Origin: Heterodontus francisci
Lineage: Eukaryota
Assembly (NCBI RefSeq): GCF_036365525.1
Contig: NW_027140922.1
Span: 1 to 64,000 of the forward strand
Reading direction: 5' to 3'
Length of the DNA: 64,000 nt
Part shown: positions 1 through 12,500 of the stretch, piece after piece
Position numbering within the stretch: position 1 is the first letter of the stretch
Layout of the letters: each line of letters begins with the position of its first letter
Translations under genes and position numbers: made by a program
Notes under the pieces: model-generated
The model's input: the letters and a program-made list of their open reading frames with translations, nothing else
Told to the model about the DNA's origin: nothing
Database searches by the model: none

Positions 1-1286
1 CTGCTCATCAAGTCTGAATGATTCTATTTTTTAAAATTACCTCCTGTTTCACTATGGCCTGGGTAACATCTTCTTCCTTGGTAGCAACAGGTGCAAAGTA
101 TTTATTTAATACCTCAGCTATTCTCCCTTCCTCCATGTTTGAAACCCCTTTCTACGGCCCTACTCCTCTTTTTACCAACCGTTTACTATTTATATGCTTT
201 TGGAAGACTTTGGAATTCCCTTTTGTGTTAGCTTCCAGTCTCTTTTCATACTCCATTCTTGCTTCTCCATTTTATTTTTCACTTCCCCTCTGAGCCTTCC
301 ATATTCAGCCTGGTTCTCCATTGTGTTATCTGCCTGACATCCATCAGAAGCACGCTTTTTCTTCTTCATCGTCATCTCTATCACTTTCGTCACCCAGAGA
401 GCTCTCGATTTTTTTACCGTATCGATCCCCTTCGAGGGAACATACCTTGACTGTGCCCGAACTATCTCTTCTTGGAAAGTAGCTAATTGTTCAGCAACTG
501 GTTTTCCTGCCAACCTTTGATTCCAGTTTATTTGCCCCAGCTTCATGCTTATCGAATTTAAGTTGTCTTCCCCCTAGTAATTAGTTTCAGTCTAGATTGT
601 TCTTTGTCCTTTTCCACAGCCAAACTAAACATGATGAAACAATGATCTCTGTCCCCTAAATGTTGTCCTACTGATATTTGATCTACTTGGTCCACCTCAT
701 TCCCAAGAACCAGGTCCAGCAGTGCCTCGCCGGTCCTTGGACTGGAAACATAGTGTTGAAGAACATTTTCCAGAGCACACTCCAGGAACTCTTGCCCCTC
801 ACTGCCTTTTATGCGACTATTGTCCCAGCCAATATTCCAGATAATGAAAGTCCCCCATGATAACTATTCGATAATCCTTGAACCTCTCTGCAATTTCCTT
901 GAAAATTAGTTCCTTTCCACTAATTGGTAGCCCATACACTACACTGAGCAACGTAATTGCACCTTTTTTTGTTCTGTACCTCTAGCCAAATAGATTCTGT
1001 CCTTGACCCTTTGAGACATCCTCTCTCTCCAACACCGCAATACTCTCCTTAATCAATACTGCCACTCCTGCCCCTTTTCTTCATCTCATATCTATCTTCA
1101 ACACCTTGTACCCAGGAATATTTAACATTTAGTTCTGTCCTCTTAGAGCCAGGACTCTGTTACAGCTACAGCATCATATTTCCACAAGTCAGACTGCGCC
1201 TGTAACATGCCAATCTTATTAACCACATTCTGTGCATTCACATACAGTCAAATTAACACTGATTTAGACTTTGTTACTTTCTCCCT
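1..1286 (-). mobile_element. Degenerate CR1-clade LINE, ORF2 endonuclease/linker part (host of the RTE insertion)
   Basis: Minus-strand ORF 190-546 (INWNQRLAGKPVAEQLATFQEEIVRAQSRYVP) resembles the CR1 ORF2 linker. The minus strand near 1247 reads LYVNAQNVVNKIGMLQAQ, a CR1 APE-domain start. Stops and frameshifts are present. Confidence 0.8.
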
Positions 1287-4200
1287 TAACCCCACTGCCT
1301 TGTGGGCGTCTCGGGAGAGACCAAGGCTAAGGGAGTAAACCCTAACAGAAAATCCGGAGTGGAACCCCATAGGCGGTCATGTGTCACCTTTGGCATGTTT
1401 CCGGCAGTTCCTGCAGCCATACTGGTGCCAAACGTCGTGTCCTGCACTCCTTTGGACCCCACCAGAAAGGCCGAGAGGGGGGTTTTGACGACTGGGCAAC
1501 TCTCAACCTCCATAAATTTGCCCAGGCATGCGCCATGGAGAGGTCACTCCATAGTTGCCTCACAGCGACTGAAACAACACGGAAGGCAGCAGTTACGGGT
1601 TATAAGTCCAGATAAATTGGCGTAGAAACTGGGCGCCACGGGTTGCCTTTGTCGGTGGGAGAGGTCATTGCACCTCACTGGACAGCTACCGCCCGCCTCA
1701 AACCGGGCAGCCCCCGGTCAATAAGGTTCTGTCCCGCCACAGTCTGCCCGCTTCAATGGGTGCTTGGAGCTCAGGGTCATTGCCCGAAAGGTGGACTGAT
1801 ACACCGCACCAAACAACATGAAAAAAGGAAAGAAGGTACCAGCCCTTCGCTTTGCAAGCTGGAACGTCAGAACTATGTGTCCTGGTCTGTCGGAAGACCT
1901 TACACAAATCAACGATTCTCGGAAGACCGCCATCATTAACAACGAGCTCAGTAGACTCAATGTGGACATTGCAGCACTTCAGGAGACTCGCCTCCCTGCG
2001 AGTGGCTCTCTAGCAGAGCAAGACTACACCTTCTTCTGGCAGGGCAGGGATCCTGAAGAACCAAGACAGCATGGAGTGGGCTTCGCCATCAGAAACTCCT
2101 TGCTCAGCATGATAGAGCCTCCCTCAAATGGCTCGGAACGCATACTGTCCATCCGACTGCTCACCACCTCTGGTCCAGTACACCTACTCAGCATCTATGC
2201 TCCAAGACTCTGTTCCGCACCTGAAACTAAAGACCAGTTCTATAAACAACTCCATAACATCATTAGCAGCATCCCCAACACCGAACACCTATTCCTGCTG
2301 GGGGACTTTAATGCCAGGGTTGGGGCCGACCATGACTCATGGCCCTCCTGCCTTGGGCGCTATGGCGTTGGAAGGATGAATGAGAACGGGCAGAGACTGC
2401 TTGAGTTGTGTACCTATCATAACCTCTGCATCACCAACTCGTTCTTTCACACTAAACCCTGTCACCAGGTTTCATGGAGGCACCCAAGATCACGTCGTTG
2501 GCACCAGCTAGACCTCATTGTCACAAGGCGAGCCGCCTTAAACAGTGTTCAAATCACACGCAGCTTCCACAGTGCGGACTGCGACACCGACCACTCCCTG
2601 GTGTGCAGCAAGGTTAGACTCAGACCAAAGAAGTTGCATCATTCCAAGCAGAAGGGCCACCCGCGCATCAACACGAGCAGAATTTCTCACCCACAGCTGT
2701 TACAAAAATTTCTAAATTCACTTGTAACAGCCCTTCAAAACACTCCCACAGGGGATGCTGAGACCAAGTGGGCCCACATCAGAGACGCCATCTATGAGTC
2801 AGCTTTGACCACCTACGGCAAAAGTGCGAAGAGAAATGCAGACTGGTTTCAAACTCATAATGAAGAGCTGGAACCTGTCATAGCCGCTAAGCGCATTGCA
2901 CTTTTGAACTACAAGAAAGCCCCCAGCGATTTAACATCTGCAGCACTTAAAGCAGCCAGAAGTACTGCACAAAGAACAGCTAGGCGTTGCGCAAACGACT
3001 ACTGGCAACACCTATGCAGTCATATTCAGCTGGCCTCAGACACCGGAAACATCAGAGGAATGTATGATGGCATGAAGAGAGCTCTTGGGCCAACCATCAA
3101 GAAGATCACCCCCCTCAAATCTAAATCGGGGGACATAATCACTGACCAACGCAAACAGATGGACCGCTGGGTTGAGCACTACCTAGAACTGTACTCCAGG
3201 GAGAATGCTGTCACTGAGACTGCCCTCAATGCAGCCCAGCCTCTACCAGTCATGGATGAGCTGGACATACAGCCAACCAAATTGGAACTCAGTGATGCCA
3301 TTGATTCCCTAGCCAGCGGAAAAGCCCCTGGGAAGGACAGCATTACCCCTGAAATAATCAAGAGTGCCAAGCCTGCTATACTCTCAGCACTACATGAACT
3401 GCTATGCCTGTGCTGGGACGAGGGAGCAGTACCCCAGGATATGCGCGATGCCAACATCATCACCCTCTATAAAAACAAAGGTGACCGCGGTGACTGCAAC
3501 AACTACCGTGGAATCTCCCTGCTCAGCATAGTGGGGAAAGTCTTTGCTCGAGTCGCTCTGAACAGGCTCCAGAAGCTGGCCGAGCGCGTCTACCCTGAGG
3601 CACAGTGTGGCTTTCGTGCAGAGAGATCGACTATTGACATGCTGTTCTCCCTTCGTCAGATACAGGAGAAATGCCGTGAACAACAGATGCCCCTCTACAT
3701 TGCTTTCATTGATCTCACCAAAGCCTTTGACCTCGTCAGCAGACGTGGTTTCTTCAGACTACTAGAAAAGATCGGATGTCCACCAAAGCTACTAAGTATC
3801 ATCACCTCATTCCATGACAATATGAAAGGCACAATTCAACATGGTGGCTCCTCATCAGAGCCCTTTCCTATCCTGAGTGGTGTGAAACAGGGCTGTGTTC
3901 TCGCACCCACACTTTTTGGGATTTTCTTCTCCCTGCTGCTTTCACATGCGTTCAAATCCTCTGAAGAAGGAATTTTCCTCCACACAAGATCAGGGGGCAG
4001 GTTGTTCAACCTTGCCCGCCTAAGAGCGAAGTCCAAAGTACGGAAAGTCCTCATCAGAGAACTCCTCTTTGCTGACGATGCTGCTTTAACATCTCACACT
4101 GAAGAATGCCTGCAGAGTCTCATCGACAGGTTTGCGTCTGCCTGCAATGAATTTGGCCTAACCATCAGCCTCAAGAAAACGAACATCATGGGGCAGGATG

Positions 4201-5068
4201 TCAGAAATGCTCCATCCATCAATATTGGCGACCACGCTCTGGAAGTGGTTCAAGAGTTCACCTACCTAGGCTCAACTATCACCAGTAACCTGTCTCTAGA
4301 TGCAGAAATCAACAAGCGCATGGGTAAGGCTTCCACTGCTATGTTCAGACTGGCCAAGAGAGTGTGGGAAAATGGCGCACTGACACGGAACACAAAAGTC
4401 CGAGTGTATCAGGCCTGTGTCCTCAGTACCTTGCTCTACGGCAGCGAGGCCTGGACAACGTATGCCAGCCAAGAGCGACGTCTCAATTCATTCCATCTTC
4501 GCTGCCTTCGGAGAATACTTGGCATCAGGTGGCAGGACTATATCTCCAACACAGAAGTCCTAGAAGCGGCCAACATCCCCAGCTTATACACACTACTGAG
4601 TCAGCGGCGCTTGAGATGGCTTGGCCATGTGAGCCGCATGGAAGATGGCAGGATCCCCAAAGACACATTGTACAGCGAGCTCGCCACTGGTATCAGACCC
4701 ACCGGCCGTCCATGTCTCCGTTATAAAGACGTCTGCAAACGCGACATGAAATCGTGTGACATTGATCACAAGTCGTGGGAGTCAGTTGCCAGCATTCGCC
4801 AGAGCTGGCGGGCAGCCATAAAGACAGGGCTAAATTGTGGCGAGTCGAAGAGACTTAGTAGTTGGCAGGAAAAAAGACAGAGGCGCAAGGGGAGAGCCAA
4901 CTGTGCAACAGCCCCAACAAACAAATTTCTCTGCAGCACCTGTGGAAGAGCCTGTCACTCCAGAATTGGCCTTTATAGCCACTCCAGGCGCTGCTTCACA
5001 AACCACTGACCACCTCCAGGCGCGTATCCATTGTCTCTCGAGATAAGGAGGCCCAAAAGAAGAAAGAA
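1287..5068 (+). mobile_element. Full-length RTE-clade non-LTR retrotransposon with 11-bp TSD
   Basis: Direct repeat ACTTTCTCCCT at 1276-1286 and 5069-5079; ~530-bp 5'UTR; single long ORF; short 3'UTR ending in an AAGA-type tail. Confidence 0.93.
1818..5009 (+). CDS. RTE ORF: APE endonuclease + reverse transcriptase + C-terminal zinc-finger-like motif (1063 aa, uninterrupted)
   Basis: Endonuclease motifs SWNVRT, ALQETR, GDFNA, DTDH; RT motifs QCGFR, FIDLTKAFD, GVKQGCVLAP, LFADD, YLGS; RLRWLGHV; terminal CSTCGRACHSRIGLYSHSRRC. Confidence 0.95.
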   Translation: MKKGKKVPALRFASWNVRTMCPGLSEDLTQINDSRKTAIINNELSRLNVDIAALQETRLPASGSLAEQDYTFFWQGRDPEEPRQHGVGFAIRNSLLSMIEPPSNGSERILSIRLLTTSGPVHLLSIYAPRLCSAPETKDQFYKQLHNIISSIPNTEHLFLLGDFNARVGADHDSWPSCLGRYGVGRMNENGQRLLELCTYHNLCITNSFFHTKPCHQVSWRHPRSRRWHQLDLIVTRRAALNSVQITRSFHSADCDTDHSLVCSKVRLRPKKLHHSKQKGHPRINTSRISHPQLLQKFLNSLVTALQNTPTGDAETKWAHIRDAIYESALTTYGKSAKRNADWFQTHNEELEPVIAAKRIALLNYKKAPSDLTSAALKAARSTAQRTARRCANDYWQHLCSHIQLASDTGNIRGMYDGMKRALGPTIKKITPLKSKSGDIITDQRKQMDRWVEHYLELYSRENAVTETALNAAQPLPVMDELDIQPTKLELSDAIDSLASGKAPGKDSITPEIIKSAKPAILSALHELLCLCWDEGAVPQDMRDANIITLYKNKGDRGDCNNYRGISLLSIVGKVFARVALNRLQKLAERVYPEAQCGFRAERSTIDMLFSLRQIQEKCREQQMPLYIAFIDLTKAFDLVSRRGFFRLLEKIGCPPKLLSIITSFHDNMKGTIQHGGSSSEPFPILSGVKQGCVLAPTLFGIFFSLLLSHAFKSSEEGIFLHTRSGGRLFNLARLRAKSKVRKVLIRELLFADDAALTSHTEECLQSLIDRFASACNEFGLTISLKKTNIMGQDVRNAPSINIGDHALEVVQEFTYLGSTITSNLSLDAEINKRMGKASTAMFRLAKRVWENGALTRNTKVRVYQACVLSTLLYGSEAWTTYASQERRLNSFHLRCLRRILGIRWQDYISNTEVLEAANIPSLYTLLSQRRLRWLGHVSRMEDGRIPKDTLYSELATGIRPTGRPCLRYKDVCKRDMKSCDIDHKSWESVASIRQSWRAAIKTGLNCGESKRLSSWQEKRQRRKGRANCATAPTNKFLCSTCGRACHSRIGLYSHSRRCFTNH

Positions 5069-5079
5069 ACTTTCTCCCT

Positions 5080-5900
5080 CACTCTGACCCCACCTAATAA
5101 CTAACTATTCCCTACTCTATGGCTATATATCTCTCTCAGTATTCTGTGCACTGTGGTATTCCTCTCTGATAATTCCTCCTGGTTCCCATACCCCTGCCAA
5201 GCGAGTTTAAACCGTCCCCGATAGCACGAGCAAATCGGCCTGCAAGGAAATCAGTCCCAGCTCTATTTAGGTGCAATTCATACCTGCTGTACACTTCCCA
5301 TCTCCCCCAGAGCAGGTCCCAGTGTCTAGGGATCTAAAGCCCTCCATCCTGCACCATCTTTCCAGCCAGACATTCATCTGCACTATCCTCCTATTTCTAA
5401 ACTCACTTGTGTACGGTACTGGGAGTAATCAAGAGATGACTAATTTTGAGGTCCTTCTCGCTCATATCCTACCCAGCTCCCTGAATATTGACTGCAAGAC
5501 CACATCCCACTTCCTAGCTATTTCATTGGTGCCAATGCAGACCACGACTGCTAGCTGTTCACCCTTCCCTCTCAGGGGGCTCTGTCACCGCTCAGTGACA
5601 TCTTTGACCCTGGCACCAGGAAGATAAAACAACATCCTGGATTCACACCTGCAGCCGAAATGCTTGCCTATTCCCCCAACGATGGCATCTCCTATCACTG
5701 TTGCTCTTCCAGTCTTCGCTGTAATCCCGAAACAGCTGGGTCACACGTGGAGCCATGGCCTTGGGTCTGGCTGCACTCCCCACGTCACTCATTTCTCTCA
5801 TCAGTAATCGGACCTTATTGACTGCCACTCTTTCTGAGTGAATCCTCACCCGCCCCGCTCTGTTTTTAAGCCCCGCTCTACTCTTGTTGTTTACCACCCT
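5080..5900 (-). mobile_element. Remainder of the host CR1 (degenerate ORF1 esterase region)
   Basis: The minus strand near 5695 reads IGDAIVGGIGKHFGCR, similar to the GDS(L) block of CR1 ORF1 SGNH esterases. It is collinear with the ORF2 part left of the RTE. The 5' boundary is approximate. Confidence 0.65.
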
Positions 5901-6350
5901 TCTCAGAGTTACCTTTTAAATCTGTACCACCCTTGAACAAGATTTGTATCACACTTCTTCTGCCCGGAGCACTCAGTCTCAGTACAATCGATGCTCCTCC
6001 AGGGCTGGTCCAGGACTGTGTGATTTACACACGGGTCAGTGTTTGCGGAGTCTGTGACTGAGTGACAGAAAGATGTTGAAAGTTAATAAAAAGTACAGGT
6101 AATGTTACACAGCGGCTTGTACCCAACCAAAATACCAATAAACTCAGTTTCACACTCCTACCCTGACAGAAAATCTCCCAGATTAAAGCTGGAAAATTTC
6201 CAACTTCTCTAAACCAGGTTCCCAGCTCAACCTCCCCCCTCCACTCACTGCTCAAAGACAGTCCTCTCTATTCTAGCTTAACCATAAGCTCTCAGGTAAC
6301 AGGAAGCAGCAAATATCTCAGTTTAACTTCATCCCAGCAGCAAAGCTGCA

Positions 6351-6570
6351 TAGAAAAGCAAAACACTGCGGATGCTGGAAATCTGAAACAAAAACAAGAA
6401 ATGCTGGATTCACTCAGCAGGTCTGGCAGCATCTGTGGAAAGAGAAGCAGAGTTAACGTTTCGGGTCAGTGACCCGAAGAAGGGTCACTGACCCGAAACG
6501 TTAACTCTGCTTCTCTTTCCACAGATGCTGCCAGACCTGCTGAGTGAATCCAGCATTTCTTGTTTTTGTT
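6351..6570. mobile_element. 220-bp hairpin insertion, probably a Penelope-like element terminal remnant
   Basis: Perfect 89-bp inverted arms 6387-6475 and 6482-6570 with loop GAAGAA; flanking direct repeat GCAAAGCTGCA at 6340-6350 and 6571-6581; centre GAAGAAGGGTCACTGACCCGAAACGTT resembles a minimal hammerhead core. Confidence 0.7.
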
Positions 6571-9500
6571 GCAAAGCTGCAAATGTTCAGTGTGAGATAA
6601 CATGTGGTACCTCAATTCCCGGGTGAACACTGAGTAGAGACAGTGAGAGACACTCGATGGTCAGTGTGAGATATCAGGGGTATCTCAGTCCCCAGGTGAA
6701 CACTGAGCACAGACAGTGAGAGACACTCGATGGTCAGTGTGAGATATCAGGGGTATCTCAGTCCCCAGGTGAACACTGAGTACAAACAGTGAGAGACACT
6801 CGATGGTCAGTGTGAGATATCCTGTGGTATCTCAGTGCCTGGGTGAACACTGAGTACAGACAGTGAGAGACAGTCGATGGTCAGTGTGAGATATCATGGG
6901 GTATCTCAGTCTCCAGGTGAAGAATGAGTACTGGCAGTGAGAGACAGTCTATGGTCAGAGTGAGATATCATGGGGTATCTGAGTCCCCGGGTGAACACTG
7001 AGTACTGACAGTGAGAGACACTCGAAGGTCAGTGTGAGATATCACGGGGTATCTCAGTCCCCGTGTGAACACAGAGTACAGAGAGTGAGAGGCACTCGAT
7101 GGTCAGTGTGAAATATCTGGGGTATCTCAGTCCCCAGGTGAACACTGAGCACAGACATTGAGAGATAATCGATGGTCAGCGTGAGATATCATGGGGTCTC
7201 TCAGTCCCCAGGTGAGCACTGATTACAGACAGTGAGAGACACTCAATGGTCAGTGTGAGATATCATGGGGTATCAGCGACTCCGAGTGAACACTGAGTAT
7301 AGACAGTGAGGGACACTCGATGGTCAGTGTGAGATATTATGGAGTATCTCAGTCGCAGGAGAACACTGAGTACAGACAGTGAGAGGCACTCGTTGGGCTG
7401 TGTGAGATATCATGGGGGATCCCAGTCCACGGGTGAACACTGAGTACAGACAGTGAGAGACACTGTGGGCAGTGTGAGAAATCATTTGCGATCTCAGTGT
7501 CCGGGTGAACACTGAGTATGGACAGTGGACGATGTTGGATGGTCATTGTGAGATATCAGGGGTATCTCAGTCCCAAGGTGAACACTGAGCACAGACAGTG
7601 AGAGATAATCGATTGTCAGCGTGAGATATCATGAAGTCTCTCAGTCCCCAGGTGAACTCTGATTACAGACAGTGAGAGACACTCGAAGGTCAGTGTGAGA
7701 TATCATGGTTTATCTGAGTCTCTGAGTGAACACTGAGTACAGACAGTGAGAGACACTCGATGGTCAGTGTGAGATATCATGGGGTATCTCAGTCCCCGGG
7801 TGAACACTGAGTACAGACAGCGAGAGACACTCGATGGTCAGTGTGAGATATCATGGGGTATCTCAGTCCCAGGTGAACACTGAGTACAGACAGCGAGAGA
7901 CACTCGATGGTCAGTGTGAGATATCATGGGGTATCTCAGTCCCAGGTGAACACTGATTACAGACAGTGAGCGGCACTCATTGGGCAGTGTCAGACATCAT
8001 GGGGTACCTCATTCCCCAGGTGAACACTGAGTACAGTGAGTGAGAAATGTTCGAATGTCAGTGTAAGATATCACGCGGTATCTCAGTCCCCAAGACAACA
8101 CAGAGTACAGACATTGAGATATATTCGATGGGCAGTGTGAGATATCATAGGGTATCTCATTCCCCAGTTTAACACTGAGTACAGACACTGAGAGGCAATC
8201 TATGGTCAGTGAGAGATATCAAGGGTTATCTCAGTGGACAAGAGAACACTGACTACAGACAGTGAGAGACACTCGATGGGCAGTGTCAGACATCATGGGG
8301 TACCTCAATCCCCAGGTGAACACTGAATACAGACAGTGAGAGACACTCGATGGTCAGTGTGAGATATCATGGTGTATCTCAGTTATCGTGTAAGCACTGA
8401 GTACAGACAGTGAGAGATGTTCGATGGTCAGTGTGAGACATCATGGGCATCTCAGTCCCCAGGTGAACACTGAGTACAGACAGTGAGAGACACTCGATGG
8501 TCAGTGTGTGATATCATGGGGTATCTCAGTCCACGGGTGAACACTCAGTAAAGACTTTGAGAGACACTCGATGGTCAGTGTGAGATATCACGGGGTATCT
8601 CAGTCCCCAAGAGAACACTGAGTACAGACATTGAGAGACACTCGATGGTCAGTCTGAGATATCATGGGGTATCACAGTCCCCGGGTGAACACTGAGTACA
8701 GACAGTGGTAGATGTTCAATGGTCAGTGTGAGATATCATGGGGTATCTCAGTCCACTGGTAAACACTGAGTACAGACAGTGAGAGACAATCGATGGTCAG
8801 TCTGAGATATCATGGGGTAGCTCAGTCCCCAGGGGAACTCTGTGTACAGACAGTGAGATATGTTCGATGGTCTGTCCGAGATATCAAGGGGAATCGCAGT
8901 CCACAAGAGAACACTGAGTTCAGACAGTGAGAGACACTCGATGGTCAGCGTGAGATATCATGGGTATTTCAGTCCCCGGTGAACACTGAGTACAGACAGT
9001 GAGAGACACTCGATGGTCAATGTGAGATAGCAGGGGTATCTCAGACCCCAGGTTAACACCGATTGCAGACTGTGAGTGACACTCGATGGACAACGTGAAA
9101 TATCATGGGGACTCTCAGTCCCCAGGTGAACACTGATTACAGACAGTGAGAGACAGTCGATGGTCTGTGTGAGATATCACGGGGATCTCAGTCCACAAGG
9201 CAACACTGAGTACAGACAGTGAGAGACAGTCGATGGTCAGTGTGAGATATCATGGTGTATCTCAGTCTCCAGGTTAACACTGAGTACAGACAGTGAGAGG
9301 CATTCTATGGTCAGAGTGAGATATCATGGGGTATCTCAGTCCGCAGGTGAACACTGATTACAGACAGTGCGATATGTTCGATGATCTGTGTGCGATATCA
9401 TGGGGTATCTCAGTCCCCGGGTGAAAACTGAGTACTGACAGTGAGAGACACTCGATGGTCAGTGTGAGATATCATGGGGTATCTCAGTCCACGGCTGAAC

Positions 9501-12500
9501 ACGAAGTAAAGACAGTGAGAGTCACTCGATTGTATGTGAGAGATATCATGGGGTATTTCAGTCCGCAGGTGAACTCTGAGTACAGACAGTGAGAGACATT
9601 CGATGGTCATTGTGAGATATCATGCGGTATCTCAGTCCACGGCTGAACACGAAGTAAAGACAGTGAGAGTCACTCGATGGTCAGTGTGAGATATCATGGG
9701 GCATCTCAGTCCCAGGTGAACACTGATTACAGGCAGTGAGAGGCACTCGTTGGGTATTTTGAGATATCATGGGTTATCTCAGTTCCGAGGGGAACACTGA
9801 GTACGGAGAGTGAGAGACACTCGATGGTCAGTGTGAGATATCACGGAGTATCTCAGTCACCAGGTGAACACTGAGTACAGACAGTGAGAGACACTCGATG
9901 GTCAGTGTGAGATATCAGGGGTATCTCAGTCCCCAGGTGAACACTGATTACAGACAGTGAGAGACACTCGATGGACAGTGTGAGATATCACGGAGTATCT
10001 CAGTCACCAGGTGAACACTGAGCACAGACAGTGAGAGACACACGATTGTCAATGTGAGATATCATGTGGTATCTCATTCCCTGGTGAACACTGAGTACAG
10101 ACAATGAGAGACACTCGACGGTCAGTGTGAGATATCAGGGGTATCTCAGTCCCCAGGTGAACACTGATTACAGACAGTGAGAAATGTTCGATGGTCTGCG
10201 TTGCATATCAAGGTGTATCTCAGTCTACAAGGGAACACTGAGTACGGAGAGTGAGAGAAGTTCGAATGTCAGTGTGAGATATCACGGAGTATCTCAGTCA
10301 CCAGGTGAACACTGAGCACAGACAGTGAGAGACACACGATTGTCAATGTGAGATATCATGTGGTATCTCATTCCCTGGTGAACACTGATTACAGACAGTG
10401 AGAAATGTTCAATGGTCAATGTGAGATATCATGGGGTATCTCAATCCACTGGTGAACACTGTGCACAAACAGTGAGAGACAGTCGATGGTCAGTATGAGA
10501 TATCATGGGGTATCTCAGTCCCCAGGTGCACACAGTGCACAGACAGTGAGAAATGTTCGATGGTCTGCGTTGCATATCAAGCTGTATCTCAGTCTACAAG
10601 GGAACACTGAGTACAGAAAGTGAGAGACACTCGATGGTCAGTGTGAGATATCAGGGGGTATCTCATTCCCCGCGTGAACACTGAGTACTGACAGTGAGAG
10701 ACACTCGAAGGTCGGTGTGAGATATCACTGGGTGTCTCAGTCCCAGGTTGACACTGAGTACAGACAGTGAGACACACTCGATGGTCAGTGTGAGATATCA
10801 GGGGTATCTCAGTCACCAGGTGAACACTGAGCACAGGCAGTGAGAGACACACGATGGTCAAAGTGGGATATCAGGGGTATCTCATTCCCCAGGTTAACAC
10901 TGATTGCAGACAGTGAGGGACACTCGATGGACGACGTGAGATATCATGAGGACGCTCAGTCCCCAGGTGAACACTGAGTACAGACAGTGAGAGACACTCG
11001 ATAGTCAGTATGAGATCTCATGGGGAATCTCAGTCTAGAGGTGAACACTGAGTACAGACATTGAGAAACACTCGATTTTCAATGTGATATATTAGGGGTA
11101 TCTCAGTCCCCAGGTGATCACTGAGGACAGTCAGTGAGAGACACACGATTGTCAATGTGAGATATCATGTGGTATCTCATTCCCAGGTGAACGCTGAGTA
11201 CAGACAGTGAGAGACAGTCGATGCTCAGTGTGAGTTATCACGGGGTATCTCAGTCCACGGGTGAACCTTGAATGCAGATAATGAGAGACACTGGATGGGC
11301 AGTGAGAGAGATCATGGGCGATTTCAGTCTCCAGGTGTACACTGAGTACAGACAGAGAGAGACAGTCCATGGTCAATGTGAGATATCATGGGGTATCTCA
11401 GTCCCCAGGTGAACACTGAGTGCAGACAGTGAGAGAAAGTTGATGGTCAGCGCCAGATATCATGGGGTCTATCAGTCCCCAAGTGAACACTGAGCACAGA
11501 CAGTGAGAGGAACTCGATGGTCAGTATGAGATATCATGAGGTACCTCTGTCCCCAGGTGAACACTGAGTACAGACAGTGAGAGGAACTCGATGGTCAGTG
11601 TGAGGTATCGTGGGGTATCTCAGTCCACGGGTGAACACTGAATACAGATAATGAGAGACACTCGATGGGCAGTCTGAGAGATCATGGGGCATCTCAGTCC
11701 CCAGGTGAACACTGAGTACAGACAATGAGAGGCACTCGATGGTCAGTGTGAGATATCAGGGGGTATCTCAGTCTCCAGGGAAACACTGAGTACAGACAGT
11801 GAGAGATGTTCACTGGTCAGTGTGAGATATCATGCGGTATCTCAGTCCACTGGTGAACACTGAGTACAGACAGTGAGACACAGTCGATGGTCAGTGTGGG
11901 ATAATATGGGGAATCTCAGTCCCCAGGTGAACACTGTATACAGAAAGCGAGATATGTTCGATGGTCTGAGTGAGATATCAAAGGGTATCTCAGTCTACAA
12001 GAGAACACTGAGTACAGACAGTGAGAGACACTCGATGGTCAGTGTGAGATATAATGGGGCATCTCATTCCCCAGGTGAACACTGAGTACAGACAGTGAGA
12101 GACACTCGATGGTCAGTGTGAGATATCATTTGCTATCTCAGTCCCAAGGTGAACACTGCCTACGGACAGTAGACGATGTTGGATGGTCAGTGTGAGATAT
12201 CACAGGGTATCTCAGTCACCGTGTGAACACTGAGTACAGACTGTGAGAGACACTCGATTTTCAAACTGATATATCAGGGGTATCTCAGTCCCCAGATGAA
12301 CACTGAGCACAGACGGTGAGAGACACACGATGGTCAATATGAGATATCATGAGGTATCTCAGTCCCAAGGTGAACACTGATTGCAGACAGTGAGTGACAC
12401 TCGATGAACAGCGTGAGATATCATGGGCACTCTCAGTCCCCAGGTGAACACTGATTACAGACAGTGAGAGACAGTCGATGGCCAGTGTGAGATATCATGG

